Shown here: positions 29,664-39,659 of the stretch, in pieces | How positions within the stretch are numbered: position 1 is the first letter of the stretch | Layout: every line of letters starts with the position of its first letter | NCBI GenBank assembly: GCA_965204725.1 | Contig: OZ242005.1 | Location: forward strand, 5,056,001 to 5,120,000 | Direction of reading: 5' to 3' | Origin: Candidatus Latescibacterota bacterium | Lineage (GTDB): Bacteria > Latescibacterota > UBA2968 > UBA8231 | DNA length: 64,000 nt | Notes under the pieces: generated by a model | Database searches by the model: none | The model's input: the letters and a program-made list of their open reading frames with translations, nothing else | What the model was told of the DNA's origin: nothing | Translations under genes and position numbers: made by a program

Positions 29664-30116
29664 ATGACTGAGCTTCGCGATCTGTATCAGCAGATCATTC
29701 TCGATCACAACAAAAATCCGCGCAACTTCGGCAAGCTGCCCGAGGCCAATCGCATACAAGAGGGGTACAATCCCCTGTGCGGCGATCACCTGCACGTCTA
29801 TCTCTACGTGGCCGATGAGCGCATTGCCGACATTCGTTTTGAGGGGTCGGGGTGCGCCATTTCCAAAGCCTCGGCTTCGCTGATGACCACCGCCCTCAAG
29901 GGCAAGCGTCCCGACGAGGCGGTCGAGCTGTTTGAGCAGTTCCAGCAGATGGTGACTGCCGAGCCGGACGCGCCCGTTGCGCACCAAGCCTTGGGCAAGA
30001 TGGCCGTTTTTGCCGGGGTGCGCGAGTTTCCCATGCGCGTCAAGTGCGCGACCCTCGCTTGGCACGCCGCCAAAGCGGCCATCGAACAAGACCCGTCTCC
30101 CGCATCCACCGAATAG
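29664..30116 (+). CDS. sufU: SUF system NifU-like protein SufU
   Basis: LYQQIILDH, NPLCGD, GCAISKASAS, PMRVKCATLAW. Confidence 0.95.
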   Translation: MTELRDLYQQIILDHNKNPRNFGKLPEANRIQEGYNPLCGDHLHVYLYVADERIADIRFEGSGCAISKASASLMTTALKGKRPDEAVELFEQFQQMVTAEPDAPVAHQALGKMAVFAGVREFPMRVKCATLAWHAAKAAIEQDPSPASTE

Positions 30117-30158
30117 TGGCTGCTGACTCAACGACGGTCACGTCCAAAGGAGATTCTC

Positions 30159-30497
30159 ATGGAACTGTTGCACGAAAAAACTTTCCCCCCCGACTCGACC
30201 GAGGCCAAAGTGGTGGCCGTGCTCAAGACCTGCTACGACCCCGAGATCCCGGTTGACATCTTTGCCCTCGGCCTGATTTACGACATTGAGGTCAGCGACT
30301 CGCAGGACGTCCACGTGACCATGACCTTGACCTCGCCCGCCTGTCCAGTCGCTGGTACGCTGCCGCCGGAAATCGAGCACAGGATCAAGGCGCATGTCTC
30401 GGGCGTTGCCACGGCCTCGGTCGAGGTCGTCTGGGATCCGCCGTGGACGATAGACATGATGACCGAAGGAGCCAAACTCGAACTAGGCATGATGTAA
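30159..30497 (+). CDS. sufT: DUF59 Fe-S assembly protein (SufT)
   Basis: YDPEIPVDIFALGLIY, MTLTSPACP, VWDPPW. Confidence 0.9.
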   Translation: MELLHEKTFPPDSTEAKVVAVLKTCYDPEIPVDIFALGLIYDIEVSDSQDVHVTMTLTSPACPVAGTLPPEIEHRIKAHVSGVATASVEVVWDPPWTIDMMTEGAKLELGMM

Positions 30498-30498
30498 C

Positions 30499-30960
30499 AT
30501 GAAACTCAGCTCGCGCGAAGAATACGGTTTGCGCTGCCTGTTGCAACTGGCGCGCCAGACTTCCGGCCGCAGTCTGACCATCCCGGAAATCAGCCGAGCC
30601 GAGGGGATCACGCATCACAACGTCGCCAAGCTGTTGCGCATTCTGCGGCAAGGCGGCTTTGTGGCAAGTGCCCGCGGCCAGCAAGGCGGCTACGCCCTCG
30701 CCAGACCCCCCCACCAAATCGCCGTGGCCGACGCGCTCGCCACGCTGGGCGGTCGCCTCTTCGACGACGACTTCTGCGATCACTTTTCCGGTAGCGCGGA
30801 TTGCTGTACGCACTCGCTTACTGCGTGTTCGGTGCGTGCGCTGTGGGGGCAAGTGCAGCAGGCCGTCGATCAAGTTTTATCGCGCACAACCCTCGCCGAC
30901 CTACTCGAACAAGGCTATGCCTTGGCCGACGAAGAGGCCCTGCTCGATATATCGGCTTGA
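30499..30960 (+). CDS. Rrf2-family regulator with Cys ligands
   Basis: EYGLRCLLQLA, SARGQQGGYALAR, C..CC..C, TTLADL. Confidence 0.92.
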   Translation: MKLSSREEYGLRCLLQLARQTSGRSLTIPEISRAEGITHHNVAKLLRILRQGGFVASARGQQGGYALARPPHQIAVADALATLGGRLFDDDFCDHFSGSADCCTHSLTACSVRALWGQVQQAVDQVLSRTTLADLLEQGYALADEEALLDISA

Positions 30961-31172
30961 ATGGATGGCGTACCCTTGAACGGTCTTGACCACATAAGTC
31001 TGATTGGGACAAGCCACTGTTGGAGCATGAGGACGTAAGCGTGATACTTAAAATGCTGGCTGGGGGCAAATGAGAATAGGTCCTTGCTAGCCAGTTCTTT
31101 TTTGCCTTAGTTATCTATCAATATGAAAAAACAGACTAATACTATGTCCATTTTAATTGAGAGCTCTATATT

Positions 31173-32252
31173 ATGACAAACATGCCTTCGTCGGATAGCT
31201 ACTTTAGAGATGCCTATCAAAATCGCCTCGAAATTACCGATTCTTATCTCGCTTTAGGCGACATCCCTGACCTTGCAGGAGTATCAGTCGAAAACGAAAA
31301 GGGGATCATCCAAGACGTACGCCGCCTCCTCGAACAGGATGGCGGCGGTATTTCAAATATCTCTAATCTTGCCCAATCCTTGCGTCAAGAAGCACGGGAT
31401 CTTTACCAAGAAGATCGGATTGTAGCTATTGACGGAACAGACGCCATCTCTCCCCTCCGATTCGTCTCGGACACCCTTTACGCAGCAGGCATCGTCGCCG
31501 TCACGCCTCGTTCTCGTCACCAACCTCGAGCAAGGGTCACACGTACGCGTGCGTCATCTTATGTTTCTACCCAAGACTTCACCATGACATGGGAGGATAA
31601 CATTCGTATATGGGGTGAGTACCTCCGGGGGGCAAGGGAACAAGAAATGTCGTGGGTAAGCACGTTCCGGGAGTACGAGGAACGCGAACTCGCGGAAGAA
31701 TGGTTACAGGAGAACGACCAACGGTTAGTGCTAATAGACGGACCTGTTCTGACACAGAATCTACTCTCTCAAGTGACAGCGCGGGGTCTCCTCAAAAGGC
31801 TGATTGCCGACGGGAGGGTAATCGGATTTATCAAAGACCTCTCGGCAAACCCGCTACTAGTGGCAATTGGATGTGCTCTAGAACCAGGTGAAGTTTTTGT
31901 TCTCTCCCATTGGTCGGATCTTCTCAGCAAACGGTTTCGACGCGGACAGGAGGCGATCTCGTCTTGGATTGATAAAGAAGCTAGAGATATAGTTCGAGCC
32001 ATCTACAAACTCAACCGAAAGGCATATGGTATCGAGTGCATACGGGAGCAAGTGCCGCTAGCATTCGCCATCCTCAAGCAAGATCCAGGTGGTTCCGCAG
32101 ACCACGACATCCCTATGCTACTACAGATCGCCGACGCCCATGTGCGCTCACGATTCAACGGGGCGACCGCACGGGATGAAGTCCTAGTAAGGTATTCGCT
32201 TAATGATCCCTCACAATTCCTTAATCTAGTGAAAGAACGGAACTTACGATGA
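31173..32252 (+). CDS. NurA-like (RNase H fold) nuclease
   Basis: IVAIDGT, EYEE, VLIDGP, IGFIK, IPMLLQIADAHV; coupled to HerA by ATGA. Confidence 0.75.
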   Translation: MTNMPSSDSYFRDAYQNRLEITDSYLALGDIPDLAGVSVENEKGIIQDVRRLLEQDGGGISNISNLAQSLRQEARDLYQEDRIVAIDGTDAISPLRFVSDTLYAAGIVAVTPRSRHQPRARVTRTRASSYVSTQDFTMTWEDNIRIWGEYLRGAREQEMSWVSTFREYEERELAEEWLQENDQRLVLIDGPVLTQNLLSQVTARGLLKRLIADGRVIGFIKDLSANPLLVAIGCALEPGEVFVLSHWSDLLSKRFRRGQEAISSWIDKEARDIVRAIYKLNRKAYGIECIREQVPLAFAILKQDPGGSADHDIPMLLQIADAHVRSRFNGATARDEVLVRYSLNDPSQFLNLVKERNLR

Positions 32253-33868
32253 CTAAGCTTGTACAGATCGCTGATGATCAAGGAACAGATACGGACATTA
32301 TCCGCCTCGTCGGGACCGGAGAGGATGACCTTGTTCCTTTGTTTACTTACTTGATTTCGGAGGATGACAATGAGAGATTTTTCCTCCAAGTATCATCCCC
32401 GAACCGCAATCTCAGCCGTTTCTCCCCCCACCCTTTCGACACAATCGCGCTCAGCCAAATGCTCGCGCTCATCGAGAATCGGGGATATGAGAAGGATGCT
32501 CTTGTCTCTCATATACGGTTTTACGAGGCCGAAATTATCGCCCAAATTGATGAGAATGGGAAGCCCAAAACATCCTTTACTCGTCCGTCTACGGGCGCAA
32601 TCTCCCGGCCGGCTGAGGCTGAGTTAATTGTTGACTGTCTCCGCCTACCCATGGTTCCAGAAGCAAAGTCCAGTAAACTCCGGGTCGGAACGCTTGCACG
32701 AAGTGGAGATACTATTGTGCCGATCTTCGCCAACGAGAACATCCTAAACCACCATATTCTTGTTGCAGGGGCAACGGGTTCTGGTAAATCGCATCTCCTC
32801 GCCAACTTAGCGCATGTAGCCGATACCATGGATCGATGTATCATCTTGTTTGACCACAAACCGGACCACCAGGACCATCATTGTGAAAATCCCGATGCTG
32901 AGATCAAACGTGCATTCCAACTCGATGAAAATGGGACAGGTGGTTCTGGTTCCGTTCGCTACTGGACTTTGGATTCGGACGATCCGAACAAAGGAGCCAA
33001 ACTCCTTGGGCTTCCAGCCCGTGAACTAGATCCTGAGATCCTCGCAGGCACGATCTTTCACCGTGCAAGCGAGGAAAACCAAGCCGAGACGTTCGCCGCC
33101 ATCGCTTCAGCGTTCTCCGAGACTAAAGAAGGTACGGAGTGGACAATTCAAGAACTCGTCAACTATGTCAATACTCATAACAAAGCTACCATCGAAAAGA
33201 GCCTGTTTAGCGACGCGGAAATAAATCTACACCAAGCCACTTTGCAAGCGATAAAGCGCAAACTCCGTTTCGGCGGAAGTCGAATCCCCAAGTTCATAGA
33301 TCCTGAACCCCCGATGACTGCTTTAGGAAAGCCCAAGCGCGATATTGGGAAAATTGATGACGTTTTTTTTCCAGGTCTTAACGTGATCAGGATCAGCGAG
33401 GACGATGCAAGGGGCTACGCTCTTTTTCTTTCGCACTTGCTCCGACGTGCTGCTGAAATCCGAGCACATTCGATTCAAAGCGGCAACAACACTCCTGAGA
33501 TGCTCATGATAGTCGACGAGGCCGCCGACATCTTCAAGGCCGACTCAAGATACCTAAGAAACGCCGCCACGGGCATGCTCGCCGAACGTATCCGCAAGGG
33601 ACGTTCGCTTCGCATCGGATACGTGATAGCAGTACAGAATGCAGGGGACGTCCCAGAGAACATCCGGCACAATCTTAACACAACCATCGTCGGTCGCCAT
33701 CGGCATCTCGGTACTCTACGGGAAGCACTTCCGACTGTCCGTGAAGGTCTGCTCTCCAATGCCGACAGGCTTGATCCTGGCGAGATGCTAGTCGATCTGT
33801 TCGGAGTGCCTTCTCTTCTGCTTGTCAAAATGGATATGTCACGATCTAAACTTACTGTCGCTACTTAG
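32249..33868 (+). CDS. HerA/FtsK-family ATPase
   Basis: HILVAGATGSGKS, LFDHK, IVDEAA, RKGRS arginine finger, IAVQ, NLNT. Confidence 0.85.
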   Translation: MTKLVQIADDQGTDTDIIRLVGTGEDDLVPLFTYLISEDDNERFFLQVSSPNRNLSRFSPHPFDTIALSQMLALIENRGYEKDALVSHIRFYEAEIIAQIDENGKPKTSFTRPSTGAISRPAEAELIVDCLRLPMVPEAKSSKLRVGTLARSGDTIVPIFANENILNHHILVAGATGSGKSHLLANLAHVADTMDRCIILFDHKPDHQDHHCENPDAEIKRAFQLDENGTGGSGSVRYWTLDSDDPNKGAKLLGLPARELDPEILAGTIFHRASEENQAETFAAIASAFSETKEGTEWTIQELVNYVNTHNKATIEKSLFSDAEINLHQATLQAIKRKLRFGGSRIPKFIDPEPPMTALGKPKRDIGKIDDVFFPGLNVIRISEDDARGYALFLSHLLRRAAEIRAHSIQSGNNTPEMLMIVDEAADIFKADSRYLRNAATGMLAERIRKGRSLRIGYVIAVQNAGDVPENIRHNLNTTIVGRHRHLGTLREALPTVREGLLSNADRLDPGEMLVDLFGVPSLLLVKMDMSRSKLTVAT

Positions 33869-33874
33869 ATTCAC

Positions 33875-34969
33875 ATGCCCCGCGATTGGACACGCTACCT
33901 TGCGAATACACGTACCGATGCCGGACGGGCACTTGTCGAGCAGGGAAACCGTATTGACGAGGCGCGGCGTACACTCTCTGCCGACGTGTACCAACGTCTC
34001 CTTGCCGCTGCTGGCATTACCGCCCGTGATGCACGACTCCTCGCGACGGTCGGTCGACGCCTTAGGCATCTGCTGGATCTCAAACCAGAACTGCGGCTAC
34101 CAATTCGAATCCGTACCTTGGCCGCACTCTCCGAACTATCGACTGAAACTCTGAGAAGAGCGACCGACGATGGCCGAGTACATGTGGCCATGACCGAGGC
34201 CGACGTACGTTCGCTTCGTGGTCCTACAACAGCATCTTCGAAGTCGATCATCCGACCAACGGACAACTGGAGTTTCTCGACTCTACGTTGGCCTCGCATT
34301 GATGGTTGGGATGGGCATGGATATATTCCTGGTGATCTCTACGCCAACTGCCTCTGGTACTATGCCCACAACGGGGACACGGTCGTCGATCCAATGGCGG
34401 GCTCCGGCATGCTGCTCCGGGTCTGGGAAGATCGTGCCACATGGTTTGATGGTAAGCATTGGAACCTCGATATCGTTCTGTCGGACCTTATTTCACGTGG
34501 CCCCTATGATGGCCAAATTCTCCCCTGCGACCTTCTCGAAGAATTCCCTACCGAAAGGGCCGACTACATCATCATTGATCCTCCCTATTGTGGACTAGTC
34601 AACGGTCAGTATTCGGAGCTTCCGAATGACCTCGCCAATATGGATGCCATACGCTGGACCGAAGCTATGGAAGGCATCGCTCATCGGTTCCGATCTGTCC
34701 AGATTCAAGGAGGACGCTGCACCGTCATTGTGCCAAACAATCGCATAATAACCACTGGTGAACGCTTACTTTTCCCACAGGTTGTACGGCGGATATTCTG
34801 TCAGGCTGGTTACGAGCTCTATGACGTAACCTACGCCTCTAGAAGGACTCAGCAGAAGCAAGGACGACAAATGGGTGTTCTCAACAACCGCGCACGACGG
34901 GATCGGGTTCCGCTGTCGGATATCTCTGAAGTACTTACTTTTATCACCCCTCATACACCGAAAAACTAG
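33875..34969 (+). CDS. Amino DNA methyltransferase with N-terminal helical extension
   Basis: VVDPMAGSG (motif I), IIDPPY (motif IV), HGYIP. Confidence 0.8.
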   Translation: MPRDWTRYLANTRTDAGRALVEQGNRIDEARRTLSADVYQRLLAAAGITARDARLLATVGRRLRHLLDLKPELRLPIRIRTLAALSELSTETLRRATDDGRVHVAMTEADVRSLRGPTTASSKSIIRPTDNWSFSTLRWPRIDGWDGHGYIPGDLYANCLWYYAHNGDTVVDPMAGSGMLLRVWEDRATWFDGKHWNLDIVLSDLISRGPYDGQILPCDLLEEFPTERADYIIIDPPYCGLVNGQYSELPNDLANMDAIRWTEAMEGIAHRFRSVQIQGGRCTVIVPNNRIITTGERLLFPQVVRRIFCQAGYELYDVTYASRRTQQKQGRQMGVLNNRARRDRVPLSDISEVLTFITPHTPKN

Positions 34970-34984
34970 AAAGAGGACTTCGAC

Positions 34985-35947
34985 ATGTCACAAGCATTTG
35001 TATTGAGAATGAAACTAGGAGGAGGCGATAGAGTCCCCGAAGCATTAGAATGCAATCAGATATTCATCGGATGGTCAGACTTGGAAGGCCTCCTCAACTA
35101 TGAACTGTCTTGGGAGGAATTTAGAGCTCTTGTCAAAAATATGTTTCACCCTGATGATCCGAACCAGAGAAAGGCTGGTGCCAACAGCGGTCACCTTTGG
35201 CGCTTTATCCGAGAGATGGAAAAGGGTGACTTAGTAGTAGTACCACATGGCTCAGATTTCTATGTAGCCAAGATTGTAGGAGATGCGACGTACGACCCCA
35301 CAAAGGTATCAAATGACACTGCACACCGCCGTAACGTAATTTGGCAAAACAACAAAAAAGCAATCCCGAGAACCTCGGCTCGTTCTGCGCTTATCGGAAG
35401 AATGAGAAGCCAAGGAACTTGTACTAGGGCATCTGACCTGATCGATGATATACAGGAATGCCTGCACAATGCCGCTTCTGACCATGAGCCAACTTTCCAT
35501 AATGATCTTCAAGAAGCTCTCATAGAAAAAACGCTAGAGAGACTTCAAAGTGGTTACATTGATAATAATAGTTTTGAGTCGCTGATATGCGAGATGATGA
35601 AAGGGCTTGGCTCATCCGATGCACGAGTCGTGGCTAGAAACAAAGATAAAGGTGCTGACGTTTTGGCCACATTCCGAATAGCTGGCGTATTTCGCCAATT
35701 AGTAGCGATTCAAGCGAAGTACTTTAGACCGGAACCACCGGTAAGCCCAAAAGCAGTAGAGCAGTTGATACAAGGCATCGAATCAGAGGAAGCGAACTTG
35801 GGTATAGTGATAACTTCCGGTACGATCTCTAGTGAAGCAGAGGAAGCAGCCAAGCACTACTACGAGGAAAGCGGCATAAGAATCGAATTGATTGATGGCT
35901 ATCAGTTAGCAAAGCTGATTGTGGAGCATGGCGTGTCATCGAACTAA
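34985..35947 (+). CDS. Mrr-family restriction endonuclease
   Basis: N-terminal IGW...RFIREMEKGDLVVVP...RRNVIW sensor domain; C-terminal FESLI...DKGAD...IQAK...IELIDG. Confidence 0.88.
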   Translation: MSQAFVLRMKLGGGDRVPEALECNQIFIGWSDLEGLLNYELSWEEFRALVKNMFHPDDPNQRKAGANSGHLWRFIREMEKGDLVVVPHGSDFYVAKIVGDATYDPTKVSNDTAHRRNVIWQNNKKAIPRTSARSALIGRMRSQGTCTRASDLIDDIQECLHNAASDHEPTFHNDLQEALIEKTLERLQSGYIDNNSFESLICEMMKGLGSSDARVVARNKDKGADVLATFRIAGVFRQLVAIQAKYFRPEPPVSPKAVEQLIQGIESEEANLGIVITSGTISSEAEEAAKHYYEESGIRIELIDGYQLAKLIVEHGVSSN

Positions 35948-36789
35948 GCGATTCCCGGTTTATTCATCTCCCCCTCGGCCCGATGCCGATAGAGCAGCTT
36001 AACCGCCTCCGGCAGGGCCTCGTAGGTCGCCCGCGGCACAATCGCATTGTTGCGCCCGCCAAATTCCACGCTCAACCACCACGGACAATAGCGCGTAATG
36101 ATCGCCACCCTCGGCTCCGGGCTGGGATTGGCCGCGGTCGAATGCCAGATCCGGCTGTCCATCACCAGCGCACTGCCCGCCGGGCCGACGACTTGGACCT
36201 CCCCGCGAATCGGCTTGAACTGATCGATCCGCTCTTGTAGCCCTTCGGGCGTCTGGTGCATTCGCGGGTTGAGCAGGTCGCGGTGACTGCGCGGCACCAC
36301 CCACGTCCCGCCGGTCGCTGGACCAAACGGCGACAGCATCCACAGCACCGATAGCTGCATGGTCGCGTCCGGGAAGGGCTGCGCCACCCGGCCGGCCAAA
36401 TCCCGGTCGGTCAGGTCGTGCGGCCAATCCGAATGAAAGCCGCGCCAATCCAAGTCCGTGCGGTTGGGTGCTTGCGTCTTAAACTCTGTCTGCGCGATCC
36501 GCACATGCTCCCCAAAAATCGCTCGCGCCACCCCCAACAACCGCTCGTCGCCTAAATAGGGCGCGAACTCCGGCAAATACGCGATCAGGCAAACGCCCGG
36601 CTCGCCGTTGGGGCCGGTCTGCCGCCCGATGTTCCCGCCCATGGCCTCATAGTCCTGCCGCGCCGTTTCGTGCGCTTCTCGCACATGCGCCCGCACTCGG
36701 TCTATGGCGTCGGCCGGAATAATCCGCTCCAACACGCACCAACCCTCGCGGCGCAACTGATCCACTTTCTCGTCGATACCAGCGTCCAT
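35944..36789 (-). CDS. Phytanoyl-CoA dioxygenase (PhyH) family protein
   Basis: GFHSDWP, GGTWVVPRSH, GSALVMDSRIWH, N....PR. Confidence 0.9.
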   Translation of the reverse strand: MDAGIDEKVDQLRREGWCVLERIIPADAIDRVRAHVREAHETARQDYEAMGGNIGRQTGPNGEPGVCLIAYLPEFAPYLGDERLLGVARAIFGEHVRIAQTEFKTQAPNRTDLDWRGFHSDWPHDLTDRDLAGRVAQPFPDATMQLSVLWMLSPFGPATGGTWVVPRSHRDLLNPRMHQTPEGLQERIDQFKPIRGEVQVVGPAGSALVMDSRIWHSTAANPSPEPRVAIITRYCPWWLSVEFGGRNNAIVPRATYEALPEAVKLLYRHRAEGEMNKPGIA

Positions 36790-36831
36790 AAGACCTCCCG
36801 CTTCTCGGTTGCTCAAGCCATTGCGTACTGC

Positions 36832-36999
36832 TATAGCCGTCCTACATCCTTCATAATGGCGTGTTGGGTATGAGATACTTCGCTGCGCTCAGTATGACAA
36901 GGGCTGGGGCACGAAGCCCCCGGCTCGGTGTCATGCTGAGCGCAGCGCGGCGCAGTCGAAGCATCTCTACATGCTTGCAAGTCATGTAGGACTGCTATA
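36832..36999. mobile_element. MITE with TATAGC-type 16-bp terminal inverted repeats and an inverted REP pair
   Basis: TATAGCCGTCCTACAT ... ATGTAGGACTGCTATA (1 mismatch). Internal AGATACTTCGCTGCGCTCAGTATGACA and TGTCATGCTGAGCGCAGC...GAAGCATCT. Confidence 0.75.
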
Positions 37000-37087
37000 T
37001 ACTAGAGCCAATTGCGACTGCAACGCCGTACATCCTAGTAGTCCACGCGGACAACGCCCGACGGCCCTTTATAAGAAAGAACGCTAA

Positions 37088-37915
37088 ATGAACCAAGACG
37101 AAAAGTATTTCTTCGACCTCAACGGCTACCTAGTCGTTCCCAACGTCTTGTCGGCCGAGGACATCGCGCTGGCCAACGAGGCCATTGATCGCCATGCCGA
37201 CCAGATCCACGAGCGCACCGGCGAGTTGTCGCTATCGGCGGGATCCAAGGCCCTTGAAGGGAGCACTGGACGCGGCGATCTGGGCGGCGCGCTCTCATGG
37301 CCCGACCCTTATGGCCGCCCCTTCCGCGACATGCTGGTCAACCCCAAGGTGGTGCCCTATCTACACGAGATGTTGGGCACGGGCTTCCGCCTCGACCACA
37401 ATCTCGGCATCATCACCATGCGTAAAGGGGCCGAAGGGCACCTGCTACACGGATCGTCCGGCCCCGGGTTTGACCGCCACCAGTACTACATCTTCAAAGA
37501 CAGCAAAATGCACAACGGCCTGACCGTGGCCGCCTATCAGCTCGCGGATGTCCGCGCGGGTGACGGGGGCTTGTGCCTAATCCCAGGCAGCCACAAGAGC
37601 AACTATCCCTGCCCGATGGCACTTCGACGCGGCGAGGCGTATCGCGAGTCCATCAAGCAGATTGCCTGCAACGCCGGCGACTGCGTCCTATTCACCGAGG
37701 CCACCACGCACGGGACCCTGCCTTGGACCGCCGACCACGACCGCCGCACCGCCCTCTTCCGCTTCTCACCGGGCAATCTCGCTTATGTGGCCCACGACTG
37801 GTCCGCAGACATGCTCGCCCTAATGACCGACGAGCAACGCAAAGTCCTCGAACCGCCTTATCATGCGCGATTGGACCGCCCCGTATTGGAACCTTCAACA
37901 AAACCCACAGCGTAG
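37088..37915 (+). CDS. PhyH-family 2OG-Fe(II) dioxygenase
   Basis: YFFDLNGYL, RLDH, LHG, GGLCLIPGSHKSN, LFTEATTHGTLPW. Confidence 0.9.
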   Translation: MNQDEKYFFDLNGYLVVPNVLSAEDIALANEAIDRHADQIHERTGELSLSAGSKALEGSTGRGDLGGALSWPDPYGRPFRDMLVNPKVVPYLHEMLGTGFRLDHNLGIITMRKGAEGHLLHGSSGPGFDRHQYYIFKDSKMHNGLTVAAYQLADVRAGDGGLCLIPGSHKSNYPCPMALRRGEAYRESIKQIACNAGDCVLFTEATTHGTLPWTADHDRRTALFRFSPGNLAYVAHDWSADMLALMTDEQRKVLEPPYHARLDRPVLEPSTKPTA

Positions 37916-37924
37916 GGAAACCTC

Positions 37925-38218
37925 ATGTCCAAACGCAAAATCGTCGTCACCGGGGCCGCCGGGTACGTGGCCGGTCGCATGTTGCCGGCCCTAAAGGAAC
38001 GCTACGAAACCGTTCTGCTCGATGTGAAAACGAGCAATCGCCAAGGCGAAGCGGTCGCCGGAGTTCGCATCGCCGATCTGCTAGAGAAGGACCGCGATAC
38101 CTACCGGTTCTGGAGCTTGGCCAATGCCCGGCGCGAGATCGGGTACGCGCCCCAAGACGACAGCCAAGTGCGCTTTGCCGACAAAATCGCGGTCATCACG
38201 CGGGCGGCGCACGACTAG
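37925..38218 (+). pseudogene. NAD-dependent epimerase/dehydratase collapsed by in-frame internal deletion
   Basis: Rossmann start VVTGAAGYVAG joined directly to the family C-terminus RFWSLANARREIGYAPQDDS. No YxxxK motif; 97 aa. Confidence 0.75.
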
Positions 38219-38266
38219 ACTATTCGAGTCTCTTTTGCGTTGAGACTTTTCATTGAGGAGGGAACC

Positions 38267-39640
38267 ATGGCCAATAAGGTGACGATTTTTGGCGCGGGCA
38301 GCGTAGTATTTTCGCTCGGCCTAGTCAAGGATTTGTGTCTGACCAAGGAGTTGAACGGCAGCCACGTTTGTTTTATGGACATCAACGAGGAAGTGCTCGA
38401 TGTCGTTTGCGAACTCGGGCGGCGGTATGCCGAGGATTTGGGCGCAGACCTGACGTTTGCGAAAACCACGGATCGGGAAGCCGCGCTAAAAGACGCTGAT
38501 TTTGTGATCAATACGGCAACGGTGACACACAACGAATACTTCATGCAGCGTCGGCGCAAAATGACGGCCAAACTCGGTTATTTTTACGACCGAACCGGGA
38601 TGCCCGAATACCACAATCTGCAACTGATGCTGGACGTGGCACAGGACATGGAGAAGCTGTGTCCGGCTGCGTGGATTTTGCTGGCGGGCAATCCGGTCTT
38701 TGCCGGAACGACGTTGCTGACGCGGGAGACGCAGATTAAGGTGTGTGGTTTGTGTCACGGGCATTATGGCTATGCCGAGGTGGCGCGTACACTGGGCTTA
38801 AATGCGGCGGCGGTGACGTGGCAGGCACCGGGATTGAATCACAATATCTGGTTGACGGATTTCATCTATGAAAACGAAGACGTGTATCCAAAACTAAATC
38901 GGTGGATTGCCGAGGAGAGCGAGGCGTATTGGGAGCAGCGGACCCGAGCCGGCCAAGCAATTCCCACGCAGATGTCGCGTGCGGCCATTCATCAATACAA
39001 GATGTATGGCCTGATGCCCATTGGCGATACGCCTCGGCGAGGCGGCTGGTGGTATCACACGGATTTGGCGGCGCGGAAATACTGGTACGATCCCAACGGC
39101 GGCAAAGACACGCCCGCCGGGCGCGACGCAGTGCTGGCCGGCAAGGCCAAAAAATACGAGCAGATGAAGGCCGCGGCCTACGACGAGAACATTCGGCCAG
39201 TTGACCTGTTTGGCGACCGGATGACGCACGAGCAGCACATTCCCATTATGAATGGGCTGCTCAACAATGTGGAAGGTCAGTTTCAGGTGAACGTGCCCAA
39301 CTGCGGCGCCCTGCCGGGCATTCCCGACGACGTGGCCGTAGAGGTCCCCGCGATTGTAAACAAGAAGGGCATTCAGCCGTTGCGCGTACCGCCCTTGCCC
39401 AAGAAAATCATGCTGGAGTGCATCTATCCCGATTGGCTCGACATGGAGCGCACCCTCGAAGCGGTCTTGTCAGGCGATAAATCGATGATGCTGTTTGGTG
39501 TGCTCGAAAGCAAAGAGACAAAATGTTATGAGCACGGGCTGGAGGTGCTGGACGCGCTGTTTAATATGGAACCCAACGAGCCGATGCAGTACGTGGAAGA
39601 TATCAACGCGCACTTTTCTTGGCCCAAGAATTGGTCGTAG
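38267..39640 (+). CDS. Glycoside hydrolase family 4 (alpha-glucosidase/galactosidase)
   Basis: IFGAGSVVF, MDI, ADFVINT, GNPV, GLCHG, GLNH, VNVPN.G, VEVPA. Confidence 0.93.
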   Translation: MANKVTIFGAGSVVFSLGLVKDLCLTKELNGSHVCFMDINEEVLDVVCELGRRYAEDLGADLTFAKTTDREAALKDADFVINTATVTHNEYFMQRRRKMTAKLGYFYDRTGMPEYHNLQLMLDVAQDMEKLCPAAWILLAGNPVFAGTTLLTRETQIKVCGLCHGHYGYAEVARTLGLNAAAVTWQAPGLNHNIWLTDFIYENEDVYPKLNRWIAEESEAYWEQRTRAGQAIPTQMSRAAIHQYKMYGLMPIGDTPRRGGWWYHTDLAARKYWYDPNGGKDTPAGRDAVLAGKAKKYEQMKAAAYDENIRPVDLFGDRMTHEQHIPIMNGLLNNVEGQFQVNVPNCGALPGIPDDVAVEVPAIVNKKGIQPLRVPPLPKKIMLECIYPDWLDMERTLEAVLSGDKSMMLFGVLESKETKCYEHGLEVLDALFNMEPNEPMQYVEDINAHFSWPKNWS

Positions 39641-39659
39641 GGTAATACGCGACCCCTAC

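Noticed and set aside
30961-31172. Short ORF tail (…DWDKPLLEHEDVSVILKMLAGGK*) before NurA
   Set aside because: Possibly a remnant of a deleted gene, but not identifiable.
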